From the human T2T-CHM13v2.0 reference genome, Homo sapiens, in assembly GCF_009914755.1 (NCBI RefSeq), contig NC_060928.1: 64,000 nucleotides of DNA. One strand, written 5' to 3'. A program made the translations under genes and the position numbers. Shown piece by piece: positions 14,823 through 34,068 of this stretch; position 1 is the stretch's first letter; each line of letters begins with the position of its first letter. The notes beneath the pieces were generated by a model, which had not been told where the DNA came from, searched no databases, and worked only from the letters and a program-made list of their open reading frames with translations.

Positions 14823-15005
14823 TTACTGTCAAGAACTCCTAGAAGTTGGAACTCTAAGTAAAAACGTGTCTCCATTTAAGACCTCTAGGAAGGTTGCACA
14901 GTTTACACTTTTATCAACATCTGCTTCCCTACATCCTTATCAACACCAATTATGATAAATCTTTCTCTTTAGACTGATAAGCAAAAAATCATTTAAATCT
15001 CTCTC

Positions 15006-15306
<301 letters not shown>

Positions 15307-15328
15307 ACTAAATCTCATTATTAATGTC

Positions 15329-15393
15329 ACCATTTTAATCATTTTAAATGATTTAATCATTTTAATCATTTTAAATAGTGACCATTTTAATCA
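15329..15393. repeat. Degenerate 9-bp tandem repeat (cattttaat)n
   Basis: accattttaatcattttaaatgatttaatcattttaatcattttaaat. Confidence 0.75.
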
Positions 15394-15881
15394 GGTCACT
15401 AATGAGCAATAATTTTTATTGCTTATTAACCATATTGTTTGTAGATTGCTTGAAAATACCCCTTACGTTTTCCTTTTGGAGTGATTATCTCTTTCTGATA
15501 AATTTATGGAGTGTTTTCACTTATCAAGAATATTAACCCTTTGCTTTCTAATTTTGCTTATGTATGCTTGACATGGTATGTACTTTTTTTGGGTAAAATT
15601 TTAAAAAACTATACCCCTTAAAGAAATTCTGAATGTAAAGCTCAAGCAAATAAAAGCACTGCTATTTAATGAAAAGAAAAACATTATTGACTATAAATCT
15701 AAATGGCCCTACCCAAAATTTATGAAAGTCCCTACAGACCTTAGGGCTTCCTTTTTTATTATTTTGCACAATTTTCAATATCAAAAAAGGCAATGCTAAA
15801 AATGTTATTCAAACTCCTCCTCCTCCTTTTAAGAGATTAGTTGAAGCTGTCTTTGACATTTTCTATATAAAAGGAATTAGT

Positions 15882-16778
15882 GGGGGGAGGAGCCAAGATG
15901 GCTGAATAGGAACAGCTCCGGTCTACAGCTCCCAGCGTGAGCGACGCAGAAGACGGGTGATTTCTGCATTTCCATCTGAGGTACCGGGTTCATCTCACTA
16001 GGGAGTGCCAGACAGTGGGCGCAGGCCAGTGTGTGCGTGCACCGTGCGCGAGCCGAAGCAGGGCGAGGCATTGCCTCACCTGGGAAGCGCAAGGGGTCAG
16101 GGAGTTCCCTTTCCGAGTCAAAGAAAGGGGTGACGGACGCACCTGGAAAATCGGGTCACTCCCACCCGAATATTGCGCTTTTCAGACCGGCTTAAAAAAC
16201 GGCGCACCACGAGACTATATCCCACACCTGGCTCAGAGGGTCCTACGCCCACGGAATCTCGCTGATTGCTAGCACAGCAGTCTGAGATCAAACTGCAAGG
16301 TGGCAACGAGGCTGGTGGAGGGGCGCCCGCCATTGCCCAGGCTTGCTTAGGTAAACAAAGCAGCCGGGAAGCTCGAACTGGGTGGAGCCCACCACAGCTC
16401 AAGGAGGCCTGCCTGCCTCTGTAGGCTCCACTTCTGGGGGCAGGGCACAGACAAACAAAAAGACAGCAGTAACCTCTGCAGACTTAAGTGTCCCTGTCTG
16501 ACAGCTTTGAAGAGAGCAGTGGTTCTCCCAGCACGCAGCTGGAGATCTGAGAACTGGCAGACTGCCTCCTCAAGTGGGTCCCTGACCCCTGACCCCCGAG
16601 CAGCCTAACTGGGAGGCAGGGGCACACTGACACCTCACACGGCAGGGTATTCCAACAGACCTGCAGCTGAGGGTCCTGTCTGTTAGAAGGAAAACTAACA
16701 ACCAGAAAGGACATCTACACCGAAAACCCATCTGTACATCACCATCATCAAAGACCAAAAGTAGATAAAACCACAAAG
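15882..16778 (+). promoter_or_regulatory. L1 5'UTR: CpG-rich internal sense promoter and antisense promoter
   Basis: CpG-dense, with YY1 core CAAGATGGC at 15894-15902. The promoter architecture is established L1 knowledge. Confidence 0.85.
16118..16333 (-). CDS. L1 ORF0, intact 71 aa (MAGAPPPASLPP...RCVRHPFL)
   Basis: Last 71 aa of ORF 16118..16402, with CAT at 16331-16333. Matches the known primate L1 antisense ORF0. Confidence 0.85.
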   Translation of the reverse strand: MAGAPPPASLPPCSLISDCCASNQRDSVGVGPSEPGVGYSLVVRRFLSRSEKRNIRVGVTRFSRCVRHPFL

Positions 16779-17795
16779 ATGGGGAAAAAACAGAACAGAA
16801 AAACTGGAAACTCTAAAACGCAGAGCGCCTCTCCTCCTCCAAAGGAACGCAGTTCCTCACCAGCAACGGAACAAAGCTGGATGGAGAATGATTTTGACGA
16901 GCTGAGAGAAGAAGGCTTCAGACGATCAAATTACTCTGAGCTACGGGAGGACATTCAAACCAAAGGCAAAGAAGTTGAAAACTTTGAAAAAAATTTAGAA
17001 GAATGTATAACTAGAATAACCAATACAGAGAAGTGCTTAAAGGAGCTGATGGAGCTGAAAACCAAGGCTCGAGAACTACGTGAAGAATGCAGAAGCCTCA
17101 GGAGCCGATGCGATCAACTGGAAGAAAGGGTATCAGCAATGGAAGATGAAATGAATGAAATGAAGCGAGAAGGGAAGTTTAGAGAAAAAAGAATAAAAAG
17201 AAATGAGCAAAGCCTCCAAGAAATATGGGACTATGTGAAAAGACCAAATCTACGTCTGATTGGTGTACCTGAAAGTGATGTGGAGAATGGAACCAAGTTG
17301 GAAAACACTCTGCAGGATATTATCCAGGAGAACTTCCCCAATCTAGCAAGGCAGGCCAACGTTCAGATTCAGGAAATACAGAGAACGCCACAAAGATACT
17401 CCTCGAGAAGAGCAACTCCAAGACACATAATTGTCAGATTCACCAAAGTTGAAATGAAGGAAAAAATGTTAAGGGCAGCCAGAGAGAAAGGTCGGGTTAC
17501 CCTCAAAGGAAAGCCCATCAGACTAACAGCGGATCTCTCGGCAGAAACCCTACAAGCCAGAAGAGAGTGGGGGCCAATATTCAACATTCTTAAAGAAAAG
17601 AATTTTCAACCCAGAATTTCATATCCAGCCAAACTAAGCTTCATAAGTGAAGGAGAAATAAAATACTTTATAGACAAGCAAATGCTGAGAGATTTTGTCA
17701 CCACCAGGCCTGCCCTAAAAGAGCTCCTGAAGGAAGCGCTAAACATGGAAAGGAACAACCGGTACCAGCCGCTGCAAAATCATGCCAAAATGTAA
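16779..17795 (+). CDS. L1 ORF1p, intact 338 aa RNA-binding/chaperone protein
   Basis: MGKKQNRKTGNSKTQSAS...QNHAKM. The REKG, ARR and YPAKLS motifs are intact. Confidence 0.97.
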   Translation: MGKKQNRKTGNSKTQSASPPPKERSSSPATEQSWMENDFDELREEGFRRSNYSELREDIQTKGKEVENFEKNLEECITRITNTEKCLKELMELKTKARELREECRSLRSRCDQLEERVSAMEDEMNEMKREGKFREKRIKRNEQSLQEIWDYVKRPNLRLIGVPESDVENGTKLENTLQDIIQENFPNLARQANVQIQEIQRTPQRYSSRRATPRHIIVRFTKVEMKEKMLRAAREKGRVTLKGKPIRLTADLSAETLQARREWGPIFNILKEKNFQPRISYPAKLSFISEGEIKYFIDKQMLRDFVTTRPALKELLKEALNMERNNRYQPLQNHAKM

Positions 17796-17831
17796 AGACC
17801 ATCGAGACTAGGAAGAAACTGCATCAACTAA

Positions 17832-21683
<3,852 letters not shown>

Positions 21684-21884
21684 ACAATGAGATCACATGG
21701 ACACAGGAAGGGGAATATCACACTCTGGGGACTGTGGTGGGGTGGGGGGAGGGGGGAGGGATAGCATTGGGAGATATACCTAATGCTAGATGACGCGTTA
21801 GTGGGTGCAGCGCACCAGCATGGCACATGTATACATAGGTAACTAACCTGCACAATGTGCACATGTACCCTAAAACTTAAAGTA

Positions 21885-21892
21885 TAATAAAA

Positions 21893-21927
<35 letters not shown>

Positions 21928-21928
21928 A
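21885..21928 (+). repeat. (TAAA)n microsatellite derived from the L1 poly(A) tail
   Basis: About 10 TAAA units. Confidence 0.9.
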
Positions 21929-21976
21929 TGGAATTAGGAAGGGGGTTATGTTTATATTATTTTAGCTTTGAAATAC

Positions 21977-22281
<305 letters not shown>

Positions 22282-22451
22282 AGATTTTATTTTTTAAGCT
22301 TATGTTAGTTTGGAACTCCACTCTGACATTCTGTATGCTTCTTGCCATTTTACAAAGTAGTGTCACCACTTTCCTTTGTGTGTTTAATCTTTTCCTTCAA
22401 CTAATTTCTTGGCTTTTATGTAACTATTATTTTTATTTTATTCTTGCATAG

Positions 22452-22537
22452 GAGGCTGATCCGATAGAGTAATACCTAATTATATCACCATGAGATGGCA
22501 AAACGGAATGTCAGATCTGTAGACTTTTGACAGGAAA
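22452..22537 (+). other. Candidate alternative LARP1B 3' exon (encodes EADPIE*)
   Basis: Long T-rich tract + gcatag acceptor and AAA|gtgagt donor. Non-repetitive 86 nt. Confidence 0.55.
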
Positions 22538-24445
22538 GTGAGTATGTGTGTGTTTTTGAGACCTCTTACTCCATCTTGTGGTGATATCATATAATTATAT
22601 CAATTACTCTTGCATTCCTAATAGTCATATGTGTGTCTCACAACTCGTTACGTGGTTAGGCATTGCCCTAGTTATTGGTAAATTTGCATTAGTTATTTGG
22701 TTATTAGTAAATATATATGATAACATTAAGACTTGTGTATAGTTAAAAATGGAAATACTTTTGCTTTGGTATTGTCCTTTCACTTAAGAGTTTGAAGTAC
22801 TTCATTAGCATTATTTTTTTAACTCTTGAGATGTGAACAAAGCAAGCAGATTTTAAGGTATATCTCCTGGCTAACCTAAGCCATGTAGTTAAGTCACACA
22901 GCAAGTTAATGAATGGATCCTACCTAAAACACGATAAACTTAAAACTAGTTGTTAATCTTGTAACTAGAACAAAGTGTTATCACACAACTAGTTGAATGG
23001 CTGAGCTAGCGTTTGAACTCCAGTAGTCTGGCTTCAGAGCCCAGGCTCTTCATCTTAACCAGATTGTTCTTTAACAGCGTGAAATAGAACACAGAACCCC
23101 TGACTTTCGAACTCAACTGCAATGATTCTTAAGTATTATAAATCAAGATTGGATTCTTGTGGTTAAGACTGCATTTTTTTTTGATGATAGGCATCCTCTG
23201 CAGTAATGGAGGGTCTAATGGAGTATTTAAAAACATAAATTATGTGATAAATGATTTACAATATATGCTAAATCTTTTGGGAGGAAATTTTGATTAGGAA
23301 ACAAATATCATCCATGTGTTTAAATGTTTTCCTAGAATTAGATAAGGTAAAATACAAATGAAACTGAGCATTTTATTTAGAATTTGCTTAGAAATTTTGC
23401 ATTAGTTTATTTAGGGTTATTATTGACAACTGAAGATTCTGAACTGTTCGGCTTGAAGGAAATATCCCACAAGGTTAATTGATAGGAATCAATTCTGACT
23501 TTACACTCTGTGTCAGTTTTCTGAGTTCTTTACAATAAGCCTGTTTTTTCCTTGCAAATTGAGAAATACTTTGGTTAATAGAATGGTTTCTAACAATATA
23601 CTGCACGTATTAGCTTCAATAAATTCTAGAAACCAGAATCCGCTGCTATTGTTTTGTTTTTTTCCAGATAGTGTTCCAAGTCTACAAAATTGAGTACCTT
23701 TCTCCATGTGTTTTAAGATTCATTAGACTTTTATTGTAACACAAACATTATCACAGTACTGTAATGCTTAATGTTAACATTTTCTGGTTTCCAGTTGAAT
23801 GCCTTTAAGTATAATCTGAGGTGAGACTTATTTTAATGAGTCAGTGGATGGACTTTAAGGGAAAGGGTCTGTGAGAGCCAAAATTTAGTTAACTGCTGCT
23901 CTAGAGACAGCTTATTTGTTAGAAACATGAGTTGAATCCTGGCCCCTCTCACTAAGTTACAGTCCTTTATCTACAAAATTACACTTACCTCATAGTGTCC
24001 TGAAGAATAAATGCACAGCATGTAACACAGTGCATGGTGGTACAGTAAGCACTTAGTAAACATGAGCTATCATTAGGGCTAAGCACTGGACAAATTATCT
24101 CCAGGTATTGCAAGGTATTTTCTCCAGTAGGCTGTGAATATAATTTTAAATTTTCATGGGAAATTAATCTACTTAAAACATTTTAATTAGTAAGGAAAAG
24201 TCTGATTTTAATTGTTTTATTGTCCTAACATAGTGGTTTATGAATGCTTTTCTGCCCTTGTGGTGGTTCACTGACTTCCATGTGAGAAGTAGTAGAGTTG
24301 CTTAGATGCCGTTATTTCTACTGACCTTGACCAAGTGACAAGAGCATGATTTCCATGAAGCAGTTACCATGAATCTGAAATCACACCTTCAGTTTTAGTT
24401 CTTTCCCTTTGTTTTTTAACAATTTTGCTTATTATGTTTTCCCAG

Positions 24446-25347
<902 letters not shown>

Positions 25348-25637
25348 TGTTTTATTATTTTGAAGATTACAGTATAGGTTTCTAGGAAGCCTGGATGGAG
25401 GTTCTCATATTCTAGGTAATATTTAGCTATTTAATAAAAATTTATTTTCAAAACCTTAAAGTTTGTGGATTACATACAATACAGTTTTTGACTTGGTGCA
25501 TGAATGTATTGAAATGAACTTGATACCATTATATTCACTTTAAAGCATATCGGCACAATTTCCTAGAACCAATCTCTAATGACTATTCCTGAAACTTTTC
25601 ATACTTGTCATATTTTTCCATTCAACTATGTTATTTA

Positions 25638-25940
25638 CTTATTTATTTTAATTTTTTTGAGATGGAGTCTTGCCCTGTCACCCAGGCCGGAGTGGAGTGG
25701 TGCGATCTTGGCTCACTGCAACAGCCTGCCTCATGGCTTCGAGCGATTCTCCTGCCTCAGCCTTCTGAGTAGCTGGGGTTACAGGCGCACGCTACCACAC
25801 CTGGCTAATTTTTGTGCTTTTAGTAGAGACAGGTGTCATCATGTTGGCCAGGCTGGTCTTGAACTCCTGACCTCAGGTGATCTGCCTGCCTCAGCCTCCC
25901 AAAGTGCTGGGATTACAAGCCTGAGCCACTGCACCCGGCC
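25638..25940 (-). mobile_element. Alu
   Basis: Antisense dimer with TSD actatgttattta. Confidence 0.93.
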
Positions 25941-26743
25941 TTGACTATGTTATTTAAATCACTAGTGCCTAAACTTTGCTAAAGTGATATAGTAATAGCT
26001 CAAATAATCGTAATAAGGATATTTTCAGAATAAAAAAGAATATCATGGAAGTTATTACCCAAGTAAAACTTCATTCCAATCTTTGCATTTTACCTTCTCT
26101 CAACTATGAGAAGTCAGGAATATTGTCTATCTTGGTTACCATTATATTTCCAACAAAGAAGAATAAAAGAAAGAGGGAAAGAAAAGAGGAGGAAAGATGG
26201 AAGGAATATCTTGAAATCCTGTCATCTAAAATAACTATCATGACATCTGGCATATATAACATAATATTTTGCCTAAATTCTTAAACTATACAAGGACAAT
26301 ATATGTAAGATATTTTATTTATATTTATTTATTTTTAATTTCTCAGCAAAAGCCACATTCAAATATGTAAGGTATTTTAAACAATATCACAAGTGCTGAA
26401 GAGATAAAACACATAAGAGCCAAAAGAGTGAAGACTGATAGAAGGCAGGCTGTAACTAGAAATCCTTCTAGCCATCATCCAGGGAATGGAACTGTATATG
26501 AGATTGAAGTATGGTTATAGCTAAACATACTTGCTTGATTTTTTAAAGCTTTACACAGTTGATTCAGGGTAATTATTGTGTTATCTTTGGGGGATTCTTG
26601 ATCCTGAACAAAGCTTCATTGTTAGTACTACTACGTTAAAAGTCCTATTGAGTGAAACAGAGGATATAGTCTAATTCAAGGGCCAAGGGAAGGCATCAAA
26701 ATATTTAATTGGTTTGTCAAAAACTCCCACCTTTAGAAACTCC

Positions 26744-26867
26744 TGGGAGGTGCAGTGGCTCATGCCTGTAATCCCAGCACTTTCGTAGGCCAAGGTGGGA
26801 GGAACACTTGAGGTCAAGAGTTCGAGACCAGCCTGAGGAAATAGCGAAATCCAGTCTCTACAAAAAA
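26744..26867 (+). mobile_element. Alu left monomer (FLAM-like)
   Basis: cagtggctcatgcctgtaatcccagcac...gtctctacaaaaaa. Confidence 0.8.
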
Positions 26868-29214
26868 GGAGGAAGAGGAGAAGGAGAAAAGGTGCACAAA
26901 TTCCTAATTTTTTTCCTCCACTTTATAAAAGAAAGGCATTGTCCTGACCTATCCCAAATACTGCTGTAGTTATGCAAGCTGTCATGGGCCACACATAGGT
27001 GAAATCTTCATAGTAATTCATTGAGCTATCATAAACCCACAAGACTTGCTAAATTTCTCTTCTTTATAAATATTTATGGGTAAAGCTTTGTATATTGTGG
27101 CTAGTGTACACTGTATTATTCAATGAGGGATTTAGAACACATTTTTATCAAATCATAAAATATGCATTACAATTACTATGAGTCCATCCTACAAAATGTT
27201 TAAAATTGTTAACTTTTTATTTACAAAATATATTATTTTAAAAATAGCTGCTAAATTTGTTTTTAGTAGACTAAAGCATTCTGTTTCATTAGATTTATTT
27301 TAAAAGTTGAATCATGATTTTTCTCAAGACAGGCATTTCCAGTAAATCTGTGGCCAAGATTGTCGAGCTGTTTACCCAAAGCATTTCTAGAATGCTAGAC
27401 TGCATTCCTGTCCTCCTGCTCTTTCAGGTTTGCCAATATAATTGGTTCTGGTTATTGGAAAGCAGATGAAGTAAGGGGCTCCACTTCTAGACTTGGCCAC
27501 GTGCCATCTTCATGCTCATTCCTTTCTTCTTCAGCTATACAGAAGCCATATGTTGAAAACAACAGAGCCCTGAGGAGTAGCCCTGAATCACTACCTAGTC
27601 CTTTTGGGGACTCTATATTAAATCAAGAAATAGCTTTTAATTATATTAAGCCACAAGATTTTGAACTTTATCTGTTACAGTAGCTAATATTAACTTAAGT
27701 GATAATAACAAATTTACTACTTATGTTTAATAATTACCAAAATGTGTATATATTGTTGTTGTCTCGATCAATTCTATATTAATATTTGTAATAACTCAAG
27801 AAAAGTTTTTATCAACTAGAACCACTTATAGTCAGAGTAAAGTAAAATTTTAAATTATGTACTTATTTTTGTTTTAATACATTTACATATCTGGTCAATA
27901 ATATTTTCAAACATAAAAACATTATGATAAAAATCTGGAAAAAATGGGATAGAATACAAGCTCAAGGAGAAAAAGGAAAGATGTAAGCTTTCTAAAAGTT
28001 AAAGAATAACTTGCTCATATATTTAAAAAAATAGATCCAAATGTTATATATTTGGATTTCGTTGGATTCGCTTAAAATGAAATTTATAATATGCTGGAAA
28101 TTATGACCTATGCAATTATTTAAAATTATAAAAAGCTTAGATGTCAGCTTAAAGCTTCATGAGGGATATATAGCTTATGAAAATTATTTTAGGGGGTTTT
28201 CAAGCAAAAAAGTGTAAATGCACTGACAAAAGGGGGAAGGTGCATGCTTTGGAGTTAAGTAGCCCTGCATCCAAACTCTGCTTTTGCTATATGACTGGGC
28301 AAGTTAGATTAACCCATTGGCCCTTATTCTGCTCAATAAATTAAATGAAAATACATGTAAAGTGCTATCTGGCACTAACCTGCTCTTGCTATTAAAAATC
28401 TTAAGTACTTCTAGGAAGGAAAAATTAGCCACTCAGGTGAAAATTAATTAATCAGAGCCCATATTTCTGAGAGTAGATTAAAAAATTAGGTACAGAGGGG
28501 AAAGAACTTATTTGGGAGAGAAAGGATAATTTTAGAACATGTAGTATAAGCCAAGAGAAGAAGCTCTGTTACATGGCAGAATGATACTGGATGGGACCCT
28601 ATTTTGGAGGACATCCGGAAAGGTTGGCGAGGCTGTACATAAAGGAAAAGTGAGAAGAAAGCATACATTTGCTTTCATTTGCCTTGGTTCTAGTCTACCA
28701 TGCAATGAAAATAGCTCTCATATTTTAAAGTCACTCAAAAGATTGCTTTTAAGTGGGTGTAATGATTTTATATGTACCCTAAATTACAGCATGTGCTTTA
28801 TGAACCTCCTCCCTTGTGTTCCACGTGACTCCTATTTTAAGTAGATTCAAAGTGATTCCAGAGTTAACCAGGTCAATTACCACCTGTGCTTGTTTCCTTT
28901 AATTCTTTTAAATCCCTGAGAGAAAATAAGACATTAAGTTAGCAATTTCTTTTTCTAATACCCCTGATTACAGTGTGTACCTATTGAGACATCGGATAAA
29001 CGCTAGCGGCCATGGCTGGAACGGAAGCTAGGGAAGGCTGTGGAGTTGCAAAAGTTCCTGCGTGCTAAACAGGGCAGATGCAGTTAAAATAATACCTGGC
29101 ATTGTCTGACCGTTCTATTCCTTCATGAGCCACCTTAAAATTCAGATTTGTTGCTAGAGTTCTTATATTTAGGAAGGGATCAGAGAAAGTCACAAGAGAA
29201 CCATATTTTGAAAA

Positions 29215-29760
29215 ACAGTAGCCAATGTTGGTAGAAGTATAAATTGGTAGAAAACCTCTATGGTTAAAAATTTAGCAATAGCTTTCAAAATTTTAAGTGC
29301 ATTTGCCATTTGACCTGGCAATTCCACTTCTAGGAATTTACCCTGCAAATAAAATCTTTGCACATGTGTGCAAAGATGTAAATACTCATATAGTCATTAC
29401 TTTAAATAGCACAAGATTATAATGAGTATTTGTCAATAAAAGTGATTAATTTTTATTGTATGGTCATATAATGGAATTCCATGAAGTATGACAGCTCAAC
29501 AGTTGATAAGGAAGAATGGAATATTCCTTAAGGAGTGATCTGTAAGATATATTAACTAAAAAAGGCAAGGCACACAGCATTATGTCTTCCACCTTTTGGT
29601 TAAAAAAATATACAAATATGTTCATACTGTATACATGAATATCCTTACAAGGATAAATAATAAAGTGATAATAATGGCTGCCTGTAGAAAGAGTTATATG
29701 AGAGAGAATTTTTATCCTATCACCTTTTGAATTTTGTGTTATATGCATATTTAAAAAAAA
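29215..29760 (+). mobile_element. Old L1ME-type 3' fragment
   Basis: tttgacctggcaattccacttctaggaatttacc and related motifs. Confidence 0.65.
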
Positions 29761-32417
29761 ATTTTTTTAGAAAGTTCCTAAACTTCACGAGGCTGAGAAA
29801 CTAAGATGTATTGCTGTTGCCTGGTCTTAACAGCCCAAATACAATATAGAAGACAATGTGTGGTGCAAAAGCATTTGGTTTTGTTATAAAGACAAATAGT
29901 ACAGCATCTATGTATATCCTTCTGGACTTGTGGGTGTTGGGATTTTAAGCAGGAGATAATAAATTATGCCCCCTTTGTTCCCCTTCAGTGTGCTGCAACA
30001 AATCAGATATACCCAGGATGCAGACAGAAAGGGAGCAAAATAGCCATCACTACCAATAGTGCTGGATTTGACAACTGGGTTTAATACCTATGCCTTTGCT
30101 CAGATAATTAAACTTGCCATCCAGAGACAGCTGGACAAATGCAGGCCTCTCCTTAGAGGCAACCAGCTTAACACTTAGAAGAGGAGGAAGAGATGAGGGA
30201 AGATCAGTCAGTTCCACAGGGAGTTATGGCTGGTAAGAGGAAGGGAGAGAATTGCTGAGCAGGGCAGCTTGGTTCCTCTGCCAGTCTCATCAATCACTCA
30301 TACATGGGGAAGAGTTGGGAGCAGCGGGGAGGAGGAAAGAAATACTTTTTCCAGTACAAATGCCTGAAGGGTTTCAAATTTCTATTCTGTGGACTCTGGC
30401 AGGAACACTGGGAGGAGGACAGACTGGTTTCTCCTGAAAGCAGCCAGCACTGCTGCCATCCAGGGCTCTCCTTGCTGCCTGTCACCTGTGCCAGCTGTTC
30501 CCTCACAGTTCCCTTGCATCACCTGTCTCCTTTGCTCACACTGGTTTGATTACTGCCCCTTGCATGCCTTGCACAGTTTCCTACCTTTTGCACTCAAAAT
30601 AGTAATGATCCCCTTTTCTCCCCAATTGGCTCTTCAGGTCCAAATCGAGCTCTAGCTCTGGCAGTCCCAGGGACAGCATCTTTGTGCTCCTCTGAGCCTT
30701 TTCAGAACTTGTTTTCTGACCCCTGTTTTGGCCCCAGCATGTGCTGCCCGTCTTGTTACATTTCTCTTTATGATTCCAGGCTTTACTTTCTTTGCTTTTC
30801 AGTCCTAAAGTAATCCATCAAGCTTAACTTTTTAAAAAAGAAACCCTATGGGCTGCAGTTATACAATATATACCTGGATAACTAAGATAAATTTGGACTC
30901 ATTTTCATATCCCAAATATTGTATGGAAGACAATGTGTGGTAGAGGGATTAAGATGTCCTTTCCTAGACTGTGGAACTTAGTGTGCAATGAGGGAAATTT
31001 AATCTCTCTCCCTGCCCCCATCTCCTGTTTCCCAGGATACTGTGGCAATTGTTTGTTCATAGATGCCTCATAAGCTCTTGGAGGCGACTGAGAATTAAGT
31101 TGCTTATTAATTCATTTAGTCTTGACCTACATATGGTTGAATAATCACAGGGCCATCTGTCCTCCTTAATTAACATGCAGAGATGAAGAGATTTCTTTCT
31201 ACCTTCTGTGGATTGTGTGTGAATCCTGTCAAGAGGGCCCCAAAACGACTGCTGCCAGAGTCCTGGCAATTGCTTATAAGTGAAACCAACAGCTAATGGG
31301 GAGGGCTTTTGTTGTTTTCTCTTATTTTGTCTTTTTTAAGAGCCCTCCTGTTGTGATTAGCCCTTGCTATTTCACCAGCTGAAGGCAATCTCATAAATGA
31401 ATCAGCAATAGTATATCTCCTTTCAGGTTGGGAAGATAGAATGAGAGGCTTTCCCAGATGCCTGTGAGTTTCATCTCTCACAGGCTTCCAGGCTTCTCAC
31501 AAAGCCCTCACCCTTGGCTGTGTGAAATAGACGGATTAAAACACTGTATTACAGAGCATTGCTTCTTCTTGGTTGTTGACATGAAGTGTGATGGGTTAAG
31601 AAGCTGTCAACTAAAACCAGACAAACCCTTATTGATGAACCTTGGAGTATCTGTGAACTTTTATGACCAGAAAATTCTACTTAACAGTTATCAAGGACCT
31701 GACCAGATGCTTCATAGCTCTTGGGACGGATGATTAATAGTTGTGTGAGTAATAATAGCTTCTGTGTTAGAGTGCTTTACAGTACACGAAAACCTGTTCA
31801 CACACTTTACGTCACTTGAGCCTCAAGATATCTCTGTGAGGTAGGGCAGGTAGTATAATCCCCATTTTACAGATCAATGAAAATAAAAGCATAAGTAAAC
31901 TGAGCCTTAGAGCGCTAAGAGAATTATTAAGGCCCACTCCTTTTAAATGCAGAGGCAGGACTAGAATTCTGATTCTGGTCCCCTTGTGCAGTGCTCTTTC
32001 CAATATTGTACCCTGTTGGAGTTTTCATACATCCCTTAATTACAGTGCCATATGCCATGTCCATTTAGCTGTAATGTGACCACAAGCTGCAATATACTGT
32101 GAGGAGTGCAGGGTGGACCATTCTGACCAAAGACATTAAATGGGATCTTGCCAGAGGTGGAGAACTGTGAGATAACCTGAATTTTGAGTTTCCCCTTTTT
32201 CTCTTGAATGTGTCCACCACATACCCAAATTCACCTGCATAAAAATGATGACTACCAAAACAATCTTGAAAAAGAACAAAGTTGGAAGACCCACACTTCC
32301 CAACATCAAAACTTACTACAAAGCTACAGTAATCAAAACAGTGTGGTGCTGGCATGCAGACAGACATATAGACCAGTGGAATAGAATGGTGTGTCTAGAA
32401 ATAAGTCCTCACATATA

Positions 32418-34068
<1,651 letters not shown>

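Noticed and set aside
15877-16092. 71-aa minus-strand ORF in the L1 5'UTR, same length as ORF0
   Set aside because: The sequence does not match ORF0. The real ORF0 is 16118-16333.
30252-30655. Cluster of overlapping 60-88 aa ORFs
   Set aside because: No recognisable domain or consistent exon structure. Short ORFs like these are expected in locally GC-richer DNA.
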